This document shows positions 32,352 to 40,495 of a stretch of DNA of 64,000 bases, piece by piece. A program made the position numbers and the translations under genes. The stretch is taken from contig DATIIY010000003.1 in the NCBI GenBank assembly GCA_035479135.1, positions 42,302 through 106,301 on the forward strand, written 5' to 3'. This DNA comes from Candidatus Saccharimonadales bacterium (GTDB taxonomy: Bacteria; Patescibacteriota; Saccharimonadia; Saccharimonadales; UBA4665). The notes under the pieces are model-generated. The model ran no database searches. It was given only the letters and a program-made list of their open reading frames with translations, and had not been told where the DNA came from. The first letter of the stretch is position 1. Each line of letters begins with the position of its first letter.

Positions 32352-33196
32352 GCCGGTTCCAAAGCCTGGCGAGCCCTGGCAATAGATTCATCGGGCAGGG
32401 AATCGTCAAACCACAACACATGCCAACCCAGTTTTTCAGCGGCCATAATATTTACCCGATCATCATCAATCAGCAATATTTCGTCCGGCGGACAGCCGGC
32501 AACTTCCTGAGCAGTGGTGAAGATTTTAATCTCCGGTTTTATGGCTGCAACTTCTGAAGAGTCAATGATGGCATCGTAATGAACGTTAGGTATCTGATGA
32601 TCCCGGCGCATGGAGCTCAGTAGCCCGGGCATAACATTAGTTAAAAGACCAATCTTATAGCGCTCAGCAGCCCAATTTACCAACTCCTGCATCTGATTAA
32701 TCGGTTCTACGGCGGCCAGATAATAATCCTGCCATTTAATACTGTCGACAGCTAAACGCTCGGCTAATTTAGTATTAAAATCGCTGATACTTAAACTACC
32801 CCTACAGACTTCGTCATTATAATGCCAATAGATCGATTCGATCACATCCGGCGGCACACCATGATCTTTGGCCAGGGCTATAAAAGCCCGTTGATAATAA
32901 TGCACCAGACATCCGTTTACATCGAAGTAAACGAAGCTCACGCCACTCTTGGTTTTTTGAAGTTTTCGACTGGGTACATTTTCGATTTGACCGACTAATT
33001 CATCCAAGCTCATGCCGAGCGCCCCGGCAATCGCCTGAATTGTAAAAATTGACGGGGCTTTAATAGCGCCGCGCTCGATTTTTGTGAGAGTTGAAAAGCT
33101 AAGATTAGCCTGCTGACATAAAGCCTGTTGGGTCAGCCCGGCGGTCTGGCGCGCTTTTTGAAGTTTTTTGCCCAGCCCCCTCTCGTCCATAGCCAT
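32348..33196 (-). CDS. XRE-family HTH domain fused to a HAD-superfamily hydrolase domain
   Basis: 282 aa. The N-terminal part (LGKKLQKARQTAGLTQQALCQQANLSFSTLTKIERG) is an XRE HTH. The C-terminal part has HAD motifs (VYFDVNGCL, LLTNV, LLIDDD). Confidence 0.7.
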   Translation of the reverse strand: MAMDERGLGKKLQKARQTAGLTQQALCQQANLSFSTLTKIERGAIKAPSIFTIQAIAGALGMSLDELVGQIENVPSRKLQKTKSGVSFVYFDVNGCLVHYYQRAFIALAKDHGVPPDVIESIYWHYNDEVCRGSLSISDFNTKLAERLAVDSIKWQDYYLAAVEPINQMQELVNWAAERYKIGLLTNVMPGLLSSMRRDHQIPNVHYDAIIDSSEVAAIKPEIKIFTTAQEVAGCPPDEILLIDDDRVNIMAAEKLGWHVLWFDDSLPDESIARARQALEPA

Positions 33197-33250
33197 ATAG
33201 TATCAGTCAAACCGCCAAATTACCAATGTTATTTATATTAAACGGCTACT

Positions 33251-33430
33251 TTATCTGGGTTTTATAAAGGTCGCCAGAATTGTGTAAAAAATAATTGTCG
33301 TAATCACAAAAATCACCACTACGATGATAGTTACATTTTGAGTATTGCCATAACCGACCCTCCTGCCCAGACGGCTATAGGCAACCGCCGCTACTCCGGC
33401 ACCGAAGAAAAGAGCATAGAGCAAAGTCAT
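33251..33430 (-). CDS. possible small two-TM membrane protein (59 aa, just below the ORF-track cutoff)
   Basis: Manual translation gives MTLLYALFFGAGVAAVAYSRLGRRVGYGNTQNVTIIVVVIFVITTIIFYTILATFIKPR. Lies in an otherwise empty 249-nt gap. Confidence 0.35.
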   Translation of the reverse strand: MTLLYALFFGAGVAAVAYSRLGRRVGYGNTQNVTIIVVVIFVITTIIFYTILATFIKPR

Positions 33431-33445
33431 AAAGTTAATTCTAAC

Positions 33446-33838
33446 TTAAAAAGCCAGTTTTTTGGCAATTTCGGCTAGTGCTGCATGATCCGGAGCGGCG
33501 GTTGCATCAGGGACAAAACGCGAATCTTCGATAGTTGAGAAAGGATAAACATGGACATGGGCGTGCGGCACATCAATGCCGATGACCAGTTCGCCTACAA
33601 ATGGCCGATTAAGCGCTTCACGTATTCTTAAAGCTACCTTTTTAGCTGTGGCCATGACGGCCGCGTAGTCATCGTCATCCAAATCCCATAGAAATTCCAC
33701 TTGCTTCTTCGGTACTACCAAGGTGTGACCCGGTTGCTTGGGGTGAATATCTAGAAAGGCAAAAGTTCTGCCATCCTCATAAATCTTATGAGAAGGGATC
33801 TCACCCCTGATAATCTTCGTAAAAATACTTTCCGCCAT
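33446..33838 (-). CDS. HIT family nucleotide hydrolase
   Basis: 130 aa with the histidine triad HAHVHVYP and upstream GHTLVVPKK. Confidence 0.9.
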   Translation of the reverse strand: MAESIFTKIIRGEIPSHKIYEDGRTFAFLDIHPKQPGHTLVVPKKQVEFLWDLDDDDYAAVMATAKKVALRIREALNRPFVGELVIGIDVPHAHVHVYPFSTIEDSRFVPDATAAPDHAALAEIAKKLAF

Positions 33839-33861
33839 ACCCTATTATATGCACATATTAT

Positions 33862-34569
33862 CTATAAACTATGCCCAACTAGATGACCAATAAATGCAGT
33901 TATAGCCATCGCTGCTCCACCACCAAAGAAAACTCTAGCTGCTGCTCGTATTCTATGCCCACCACCAATATAAGCACCAATAGCGCCTGATATAGCCAAA
34001 GCTATCAATGAAAAGATTACTATAAACAAGGCTCCCATACTCTTATTGGATAATAACGCACCTACTATAGGTACGACTGCACCGATGGAAAATGATATAG
34101 CTGAAGCCATCGCAGCTTGCACGGGATTTGCTAAAGATTCTCTGTCAATGCCAAGCTCGTCGCGTAAATGTGCAGCCTGAGCATCATGGTCATGAAGCTG
34201 CTTAGCAACCTGCTTAGCCAATTCAGGTTCTAAACCCCTATGAACATAAATATGAGCAAGTTCAGCTATTTCTCCTTTAGGATTTGACTCCAACGAACGT
34301 TGCTCAATTGCCATATCTGCATACTCAGAATCTCTTTGGGAGCTAACCGAAACATATTCACCAACAGCCATTGACAAAGCACCTGCAGTTAACCCCGCAA
34401 TGCCTGCTGTAATGATAGTTGAACGGCTAGCATGTGCAGCTAATACGCCAAGCATAAGACTAGCTGTAGAAACTATTCCATCATTAACTCCTAAAACAGC
34501 GGCTCTTAACCAGTTCATTCGATAAGATTTATGCTCTTCTTGTGGATGAGGACTTTCAATTTTGCTCAT
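33862..34569 (-). CDS. VIT1/CCC1 family iron/manganese transporter
   Basis: 235 aa. WLRAAVLGVNDGIVSTASLMLGV and five TM segments are typical of the VIT family. Confidence 0.85.
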   Translation of the reverse strand: MSKIESPHPQEEHKSYRMNWLRAAVLGVNDGIVSTASLMLGVLAAHASRSTIITAGIAGLTAGALSMAVGEYVSVSSQRDSEYADMAIEQRSLESNPKGEIAELAHIYVHRGLEPELAKQVAKQLHDHDAQAAHLRDELGIDRESLANPVQAAMASAISFSIGAVVPIVGALLSNKSMGALFIVIFSLIALAISGAIGAYIGGGHRIRAAARVFFGGGAAMAITAFIGHLVGHSL

Positions 34570-34704
34570 CCCATTATTATAGTTGACAAGGTGTTTCCAA
34601 TATCCAATATTTAATGAAAAGTTAACAAACAGACTACTGCAAATAAGACCTTCTTTTAGTTTTCAAAAGTACCAAAATACACTGGTTTAGACTACAATAA
34701 GCTA

Positions 34705-35928
34705 ATGATTTGGGTGCGGAGAACCATAGTTGCATTGCTGTCTCTCATCCTGTTATTTGCCCTAGTTAGCGAAGCTTCGGCAGTTAGCGGCAAAATTAAT
34801 TTATCCAATCCGCAAAAACTGGAAACTTGGTTGGCTCAAAGTAACTTTTATCACAGTATCGTCGCTAATTCTCTCAAAAACGCTCAGCTATCGGCCAGTA
34901 ATGACCAAGGTGCTGGCCGAATTTCTCTGAATGATGCCGCCGTCCAACAGACCGTTAATAGTATTTTTACACCAGCAGTCCTACAGAGTTACGCCAACAC
35001 AATTATTGATGGTAACTATGCCTGGCTACAGGGCAAAACCCCGACTCCGGTTTTTACAGTTGATCTGAGACCTGCCAAACAAAAGCTAGCAGAACAGATA
35101 AATCAAGTGGTCAAGGATCGAGTGGCGAGTTTGCCGGCCTGCACCCCAGAACAATTAGCCCAATTGCAATCAACTCTTAATACCGACCCGCTGTCAGTGC
35201 CCTGCAAACTGCCAACCATGGATCCGGAAACCGCCGGTAAACAGGCTGCGTTTCAAATTAGCAGCAGTGAAAGCTTCCTTAACAACCCGGTAATTACGGC
35301 TAACACCATAAATCCGAACGGTAAAACATCCGGCAAGCCCTATTACAAACAACTCTCATCCCTGCCAAAAGCCTACACTTGGAGTCAGCGCGCGCCATGG
35401 ATTCTGGGTGGAATCGCTTTGCTTTGCACGCTCGGAATATTATTCATTGCGCCCAGGAAACGTTTCGGTCTCAGGCGTTTGGGAATTGTATTGGTAATAG
35501 CCGGAATTATCCTGATAATAATCAAATTCTTGTATGACGCTACTTTTAACAAGGTAGAAGATCACGTTTTCAATAATGCTAACGTCGGTGAAATCCAGAA
35601 ATCTTTAACAGATTTTTCGCATCATGTAGAGGCGCAATTAGTCAGAATTGATCTGTGGTTTGGCATAGCTTTTGTGCTGATCGGTTCAATCATACTGATA
35701 GTTTTATGGGCTACCCGCCCCAAACCACCAACCAAACTCCAGGGGCCCAAACCCGGCGATACAATCAAACCATCCGATAATAAGCCAGTCAGCAATCAGT
35801 CGGCTCCACCACCGACTAGACCGGTTTCCGGTTCGCCAACTCCTGCTCCCACAGTTCCAAGCCAGCGGCCACCCCTGCCAGTCCTAAAATCCCAACCAAG
35901 ACCTCGACCCCCAAGATTAATTCAATAA
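34705..35928 (+). CDS. hypothetical membrane protein with a Pro-rich C-terminal tail
   Basis: 407 aa. N-terminal signal/anchor, a roughly 210-aa extracytoplasmic domain, 3 TM helices, and a C-terminal 70 aa rich in Pro/Lys/Ser. Confidence 0.5.
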   Translation: MIWVRRTIVALLSLILLFALVSEASAVSGKINLSNPQKLETWLAQSNFYHSIVANSLKNAQLSASNDQGAGRISLNDAAVQQTVNSIFTPAVLQSYANTIIDGNYAWLQGKTPTPVFTVDLRPAKQKLAEQINQVVKDRVASLPACTPEQLAQLQSTLNTDPLSVPCKLPTMDPETAGKQAAFQISSSESFLNNPVITANTINPNGKTSGKPYYKQLSSLPKAYTWSQRAPWILGGIALLCTLGILFIAPRKRFGLRRLGIVLVIAGIILIIIKFLYDATFNKVEDHVFNNANVGEIQKSLTDFSHHVEAQLVRIDLWFGIAFVLIGSIILIVLWATRPKPPTKLQGPKPGDTIKPSDNKPVSNQSAPPPTRPVSGSPTPAPTVPSQRPPLPVLKSQPRPRPPRLIQ

Positions 35929-35931
35929 GAA

Positions 35932-36023
<92 letters not shown>

Positions 36024-36045
36024 CTAATTGAGGTATTTTAACAGA

Positions 36046-36540
36046 TCAGGGCCGCGTTTTACCGGCCGCCAGCATTTCACACATTTTCTGAATGCGGGAA
36101 ACCCGAGTTTCGGGTTTTTTGGCTTCTTCAATCCACTGAACATATTCTTTGCGGTGGGTGTAGGCTAATTTATCAAACTTTTCCCATAACCCAGCTGCTT
36201 TTAATGATTTTTTAATATCATATGCGATATTAATTTCACGAGGTTTGTCATCCAGCTCAACAACAACTTCTACCTTTTCACCGGGCTGTTTGTCAAGCTC
36301 CGCTCGCACATCTTTGCGCAGTAAAATCATGGCGCTGGGTCCACCCATTTTGGCTATACTGCCTCTGTAAACTACTCTTCCATCGAAGGTTGCTTTGAAA
36401 GGTACCAGATTGCCAACACCATAAGTTTCCTTAAGATCATAAGGAAAATTAATCCAGGCTGAAGAATTATCAATATCCGTATTTCGCTGAATTATTGCAG
36501 AAAACTTAATCGGTCCAGGATTTTTATAAACCTTTGTCAT
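36046..36540 (-). CDS. DUF1905 + YdeI/OmpD-associated family protein
   Basis: 164 aa. The C-terminal part (YTHRKEYVQWIEEAKKPETRVSRIQKMCEMLAAGK) matches the YdeI signature. The N-terminal beta domain is DUF1905-like. Confidence 0.72.
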   Translation of the reverse strand: MTKVYKNPGPIKFSAIIQRNTDIDNSSAWINFPYDLKETYGVGNLVPFKATFDGRVVYRGSIAKMGGPSAMILLRKDVRAELDKQPGEKVEVVVELDDKPREINIAYDIKKSLKAAGLWEKFDKLAYTHRKEYVQWIEEAKKPETRVSRIQKMCEMLAAGKTRP

Positions 36541-36608
36541 AAAACCATTCTAGCATCTGGTAAAACTAAGCTAAATATGCTAAAATTACCCCTGTTGTTT
36601 GCCAGTAT

Positions 36609-36685
36609 GCACCCGTAGCTCAGCTGGATAGAGCGTTGGCTTGCGGAGCCAAAGGTCGTAGGTTCAAATCCTATCGGGTGTACCA
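36609..36685 (+). tRNA. tRNA-Arg (anticodon GCG)
   Basis: 77-nt cloverleaf. D arm GCTCAGCTGGATAGAGC, anticodon stem TTGGC/GCCAA with loop TTGCGGA, T arm GTAGGTTCAAATCCTAT and an encoded CCA. Positions 1:72 form G-U. Confidence 0.85.
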
Positions 36686-36694
36686 TTTCGCTTA
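36677..36694 (+). repeat. 18-nt direct repeat, copy A (tRNA-Arg 3' end plus 9 nt downstream)
   Basis: GGTGTACCATTTCGCTTA is identical to 38375-38392. Confidence 0.8.
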
Positions 36695-36787
36695 TGCTTG
36701 GCGAGCCGTAACGGGACAAGTATGGAACAGTTTTGCCTAATAAAATAGAAATCATAGGAGCCCCACCTATGCGGGACGCCTAGCCCC

Positions 36788-36976
36788 CTACTTAGTTTCG
36801 GGCTGAGCAGGTGCTACCGGTTCAGAAGGCTTCGTTACCGCTTCGTCCGGCGTATTCCCAGTCTTGATGTACTGAGAGTTCGGAACTTTCGATTGTTCCT
36901 GTTTTTTAGGTGTAAATACTGACATGATGATGTCCTTTCGTTTAGAGTATTGCAGTTTGCCATAGGCCAACAACAA
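36788..36976 (-). CDS. possible small hypothetical protein
   Basis: 62-aa track ORF. An internal Met (MSVFTPKKQEQ...) would give 45 aa. Low-complexity and Pro/Glu-rich. Weak support. Confidence 0.25.
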   Translation of the reverse strand: MLLAYGKLQYSKRKDIIMSVFTPKKQEQSKVPNSQYIKTGNTPDEAVTKPSEPVAPAQPETK

Positions 36977-37157
36977 TCTTTTCGTTAGCTCCCTGCGAGA
37001 TATTTAGTGTTCCGGTTGGTCTAGCTACTCTTAAGTATGCGCCTATACTTGACATTTACCTAATCTCATACTATGACATATAAATGGTGCGCCGCGTCTT
37101 TGCAGGCTTAACTAAATCCAAACTATACCCTTATGCTGAAGCTGAGACTATAAGGTT

Positions 37158-37180
37158 CTAACCTCAGCAAGTGAGGTGTA
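37158..37180 (+). repeat. 23-nt hairpin repeat, copy 1
   Basis: CTAACCTCAGCAAGTGAGGTGTA. Stem ACCTCA/TGAGGT with a 5-nt loop, followed by TTTTCT. Matches 38358-38380 at 22 of 23 positions. Confidence 0.75.
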
Positions 37181-37243
37181 TTTTCTAAATCCAAGCTTTT
37201 GTGCAATACTTGAACTGAATTAGTAAAAAAGAATATACCGGAT

Positions 37244-38287
37244 ATGCTAAGCATTAACCGTTCAATTTTGAGAAGTCCTAAGAGAAAAATATTCGCTGGC
37301 CTGTTTATCATCTTTTTTGCTGCTATTGGAGTCTACTTTATATTCCAAACCCATGCTTCTACGCCTTATGTCTCCGTTAATGCCTCCAATGGTGTGTTGA
37401 GCGGTCCAGCAGCAGTATTCAGTGATGCCAACGCATCGAACGGTAAAGCCGTAAAGTTTGGTCAACTAACCAATAATCTATGCGGCAACACTCCGACCGG
37501 CAATAAGATCGATACCATAATCGTTATCTCGGAAGAAAACCGGACCTGGAGTAATGTAGGCGGGCCAGGGTTTTTATCCATGCCCTATACACATGGTGTA
37601 GCTGCGCAGTGTGGGTTCTTCCAGCAAGATACAGAGATCAATACCAGTGACAACTCGGCACAGCAATATGTGGGCGCCTGGACCGGATATGATTCATCCA
37701 TCACACATGTTGCAAATGACTGCATCCCATCGGCAAGCTGTTCCACAACAGTTAATAATATATTCCGTGTTTTCCGTAACGCGAGCATTCCGCACCGCGA
37801 ATACGTGGAAGGTGCTACTTCTAGCTGTTCGGCTTCTGGTAATGCCGCCAAACACATACCCGATATATATATGTGGGACCCGACCGATCGGGCGGCTTGC
37901 TCTACAGAAGTTTTACCAATGGCTCAGTTCAGCTTTGCCAATCCTCCTACAGGGTACACGTTCATCACGCCTGATCTGTGTAACGATGGTCACGACTGCG
38001 GTGATAGCACGGTGGACAGCTGGTTATCTAACTCTACGCGTTTACCTGCTTTGTTCAATTCCAGCGCTTATAAATCCGGCAAAGTATTGGTAGAACTTTG
38101 GTATGATGAAGACCATCCCAAACCTAATTTATTCGCTTGCTGGTCATGCAAACAGTTTAATTCTGTAGTTGACCCTCATTTCTCGGGGGAAAGCTTACTA
38201 TGGTTGAACTTACTCGGCGCGCCAACCAACGGCTTGGGCGCTATTAGCAATGCTACAGATATACGCCCCATAGTCGGTACGCCCTGA
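37244..38287 (+). CDS. secreted/anchored phosphoesterase family protein (AcpA/phospholipase C-like)
   Basis: 347 aa with an N-terminal TM anchor. IDTIIVISEENRTWSNV resembles the (V/I)VxxxENRSFD motif of the PF04185-type phosphoesterases. The later ITPDLCNDGHD metal-site-like motif also fits. Confidence 0.55.
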   Translation: MLSINRSILRSPKRKIFAGLFIIFFAAIGVYFIFQTHASTPYVSVNASNGVLSGPAAVFSDANASNGKAVKFGQLTNNLCGNTPTGNKIDTIIVISEENRTWSNVGGPGFLSMPYTHGVAAQCGFFQQDTEINTSDNSAQQYVGAWTGYDSSITHVANDCIPSASCSTTVNNIFRVFRNASIPHREYVEGATSSCSASGNAAKHIPDIYMWDPTDRAACSTEVLPMAQFSFANPPTGYTFITPDLCNDGHDCGDSTVDSWLSNSTRLPALFNSSAYKSGKVLVELWYDEDHPKPNLFACWSCKQFNSVVDPHFSGESLLWLNLLGAPTNGLGAISNATDIRPIVGTP

Positions 38288-38357
38288 CGTTGAATGCCAG
38301 TTAGTACTACTTTTGTCGCCTGATGCAAGATTAGTGTTTGTTGATAATAACAGCGTC

Positions 38358-38380
38358 CTAACCTCAGCGAGTGAGGTGTA
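38358..38380 (+). repeat. 23-nt hairpin repeat, copy 2
   Basis: CTAACCTCAGCGAGTGAGGTGTA lies exactly 1200 nt downstream of copy 1. The single difference falls in the loop. Confidence 0.75.
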
Positions 38381-38392
38381 CCATTTCGCTTA
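38375..38392 (+). repeat. 18-nt direct repeat, copy B
   Basis: GGTGTACCATTTCGCTTA is identical to the tRNA-Arg 3' end region at 36677-36694. Confidence 0.8.
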
Positions 38393-38555
38393 GAGAGTGA
38401 AATATTTCATACACAGATTTTATGAAAACTGTAAAAATAATTATGTACTAATATTAATGCTTGCTGATTAATAACCGGCCGCGTAGGCAGGTTTGAAAAT
38501 TTTAATCATCAAACACTAAGAAAGTATTATTTTACCACCTAACTCCAGGAGGTAT

Positions 38556-39266
38556 ATGGAGTATTCTAATTCGAATAAATCAGTGACCGGCAATCGACTG
38601 GTTTTAGTAGCTAGCTCACTCGCGCTAGTTGTCGGCAGTAAAAGCGCCAAAGCAATCCCTGAAGTCCCAGAACCCGTTAAACGGCCAAAGCCTGAGATAG
38701 CCCATACCCACGTGGGCAAGAAGGCAGTGGAGAGTTGTGCGCATTTTGCCCGAAAACTTGATTCAAAAGAAAAGGTTCAATTTGGTGCATATAAATTTTA
38801 TCTTAAGCGCGGATTGACACCTGCCCAATCGTCCGGCATTGGCGGAAACTTCGGGCAGGAAACTGACTGGAGCACTGATAACATCGCTCAATTTGGAGGC
38901 GACAGATTATCAGCCATGACTCGGTTTGCAGAGCGGCTGGGCAGAGCCCCGACATCTTTGACTGCTCAACTGAAATACACCTGGCTGGAATTGACCAATG
39001 GACCCGGCGCTGCCGAAGATGACAGAAGAGCTTTGAGAGATCTAAGGGCTTCCAATACGGTACGGGAGGCGGCTACCGTTTTTAGTAGTGAATATGAAAG
39101 GCCAGGGGATCCGCAATTGGAAAATCGAATATTGTACGGCAAACAAATCCTTCACAAATTCGGCCATTTAGCTTGTTCCGATCATACTGGTCCCAGGGCA
39201 CGGATAGCGCTACCAATTCAGGGCTCGACAACGACTGAGGCTACTCCGCATAGCTACGTTAATTGA
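38556..39266 (+). CDS. stand-alone phage-tail-lysozyme-like (lysozyme2-type) domain protein
   Basis: 236 aa. AGGAGG SD with a 5-nt spacer (TATAT) before the ATG, and an N-terminal hydrophobic segment. GLTPAQSSGIGGNFGQETDWS...YTWLELTNGPGAAEDD...FSSEYERPGDPQLENRI is clearly paralogous to the middle domain of the ORF at 57081-58844. Confidence 0.65.
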   Translation: MEYSNSNKSVTGNRLVLVASSLALVVGSKSAKAIPEVPEPVKRPKPEIAHTHVGKKAVESCAHFARKLDSKEKVQFGAYKFYLKRGLTPAQSSGIGGNFGQETDWSTDNIAQFGGDRLSAMTRFAERLGRAPTSLTAQLKYTWLELTNGPGAAEDDRRALRDLRASNTVREAATVFSSEYERPGDPQLENRILYGKQILHKFGHLACSDHTGPRARIALPIQGSTTTEATPHSYVN

Positions 39267-39515
39267 AGGAATTAATGACAGCTTGCAGGCAAAAGATGCC
39301 GTTAAGCCGATTGCATGAATGGGGTGTTGTAAGAAAACTAACAGCGGTATCAGGGTAGAGTAGCATAAGCTTCAAGTGAAAGCTCGATACGAGTTTTCTA
39401 TGTGGTGTGGAGTATTAAGGAGTTGAAATGGCTGTTAACGCTGTTAAGCGAAGCACTCGCCCCAGAGCAGCCGGACAATCACGGCCCTGGTGGCGTGAGT
39501 ATATTAGCTTATAAT

Positions 39516-40376
39516 TTATTTTTCGTTAATTTTGCGCGGCCAGAGGTGTTGGGCGCTAACGGCTGATATTGTGACCGCGTAATGTATCAATTGCGCCTGT
39601 AAATAAATCCAAAATAACAGACCTAAAGCCACTGCAAAATAGCTGTACAAGGCATCGAGACGTTGTAGCTCGTTTTTAAGTAGAACACCGCCTAATATCT
39701 GTAAAATTATTATCCCTAGAGCAGCTGTCAAAGCCCCGGGTACAGTGTCTTTAACGCGGACGTGTTTTGGTAAGCAAACATTAAGTAAAAATATAAATAG
39801 CCAAAATAAGATGTATAAGTTTACCGCCAATGAAAATACCCGAAAAGCCGGACCGTGACCGGCACTGGCCGCCAGTCCTGTAAATATTGAAGCCGCGATC
39901 AAGCCAACACCGGAAGCCACAATTATTATTAGGCTATTTAAAATAGTTTTGGGGAACTTCGGTCGCTGGGCCTTAGGTACACGCCATATTTGCTGCACGC
40001 TGCGCCGAAAGGCGTCAGCCACCCCTCGAGCACCGTATATCAGGAATAATATACCAATGATCAGCGCCAGGCCGTTTTTGTGCAAAGTACCAACGTGTTC
40101 CGATAGCTGGTTGCCCAAAACCGGAAAGTAAGTCGAAACACTTTGAATAATTCCGTGCTGAAGACTCGGGTGGCTGCTGGCCAATTGGCTGGCGATTGTT
40201 GAAATTATCAGTAGTAGCGGGAATAATGACAAAAATCCATAATAAGTTAATAATGCCGCCTGATAACCGGATTCGTCATCGCTATATTTCTTGATCACAG
40301 CGTAACTAAAGGCCGACCAACGATGTTTTTGCTGCCAATGGTCGATTTTATTTATAAAACTGTCTAATTTTTTCAC
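39516..40376 (-). CDS. YihY/BrkB family membrane protein
   Basis: 286 aa. AALLTYYGFLSLFPLLLI and six TM helices are typical of YihY/virulence factor BrkB. Confidence 0.85.
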   Translation of the reverse strand: MKKLDSFINKIDHWQQKHRWSAFSYAVIKKYSDDESGYQAALLTYYGFLSLFPLLLIISTIASQLASSHPSLQHGIIQSVSTYFPVLGNQLSEHVGTLHKNGLALIIGILFLIYGARGVADAFRRSVQQIWRVPKAQRPKFPKTILNSLIIIVASGVGLIAASIFTGLAASAGHGPAFRVFSLAVNLYILFWLFIFLLNVCLPKHVRVKDTVPGALTAALGIIILQILGGVLLKNELQRLDALYSYFAVALGLLFWIYLQAQLIHYAVTISAVSAQHLWPRKINEK

Positions 40377-40495
40377 AACTCCTTTTATCTTACAGCATGA
40401 TTTGACAAAAACAGGGTTAGAAACTTCACAGAATAGTTACCGCGTAAGCGTAATAATGGTTCATGCAACAATAAAATAATATTAGGAGGTGCGGC

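Noticed and set aside
36537-36755. 72-aa minus-strand ORF
   Set aside because: It runs antisense across the tRNA-Arg gene (36609-36685). The tRNA cloverleaf explains the sequence.
37611-38093. 160-aa plus-strand ORF in an alternate frame inside the phosphoesterase gene
   Set aside because: The overlapping frame (37244-38287) has a signal anchor and recognisable phosphoesterase motifs, and the alternate frame has none.
38556-39266. Prophage remnant, suggested by the phage-tail-lysozyme-like domains here and at 57081-58844
   Set aside because: No capsid, portal, terminase, tail tube or integrase genes occur anywhere in the window. The domain is also used by conjugation/T4SS hydrolases, which fits the context better.
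39428-39514. 28-aa basic ORF (MAVNAVKRSTRPRAAGQSRPWWREYISL) preceded by AAGGAG
   Set aside because: The SD-like context is good, but the peptide is very short and low in information. It cannot be separated from chance without conservation data, so it is not called as a gene.
39267-39515. Possible small RNA (such as SRP or 6S) in the 249-nt gap after the lysozyme-like gene
   Set aside because: No SRP domain IV motif (GGAA tetraloop context) or other recognisable ncRNA signature could be found by eye.
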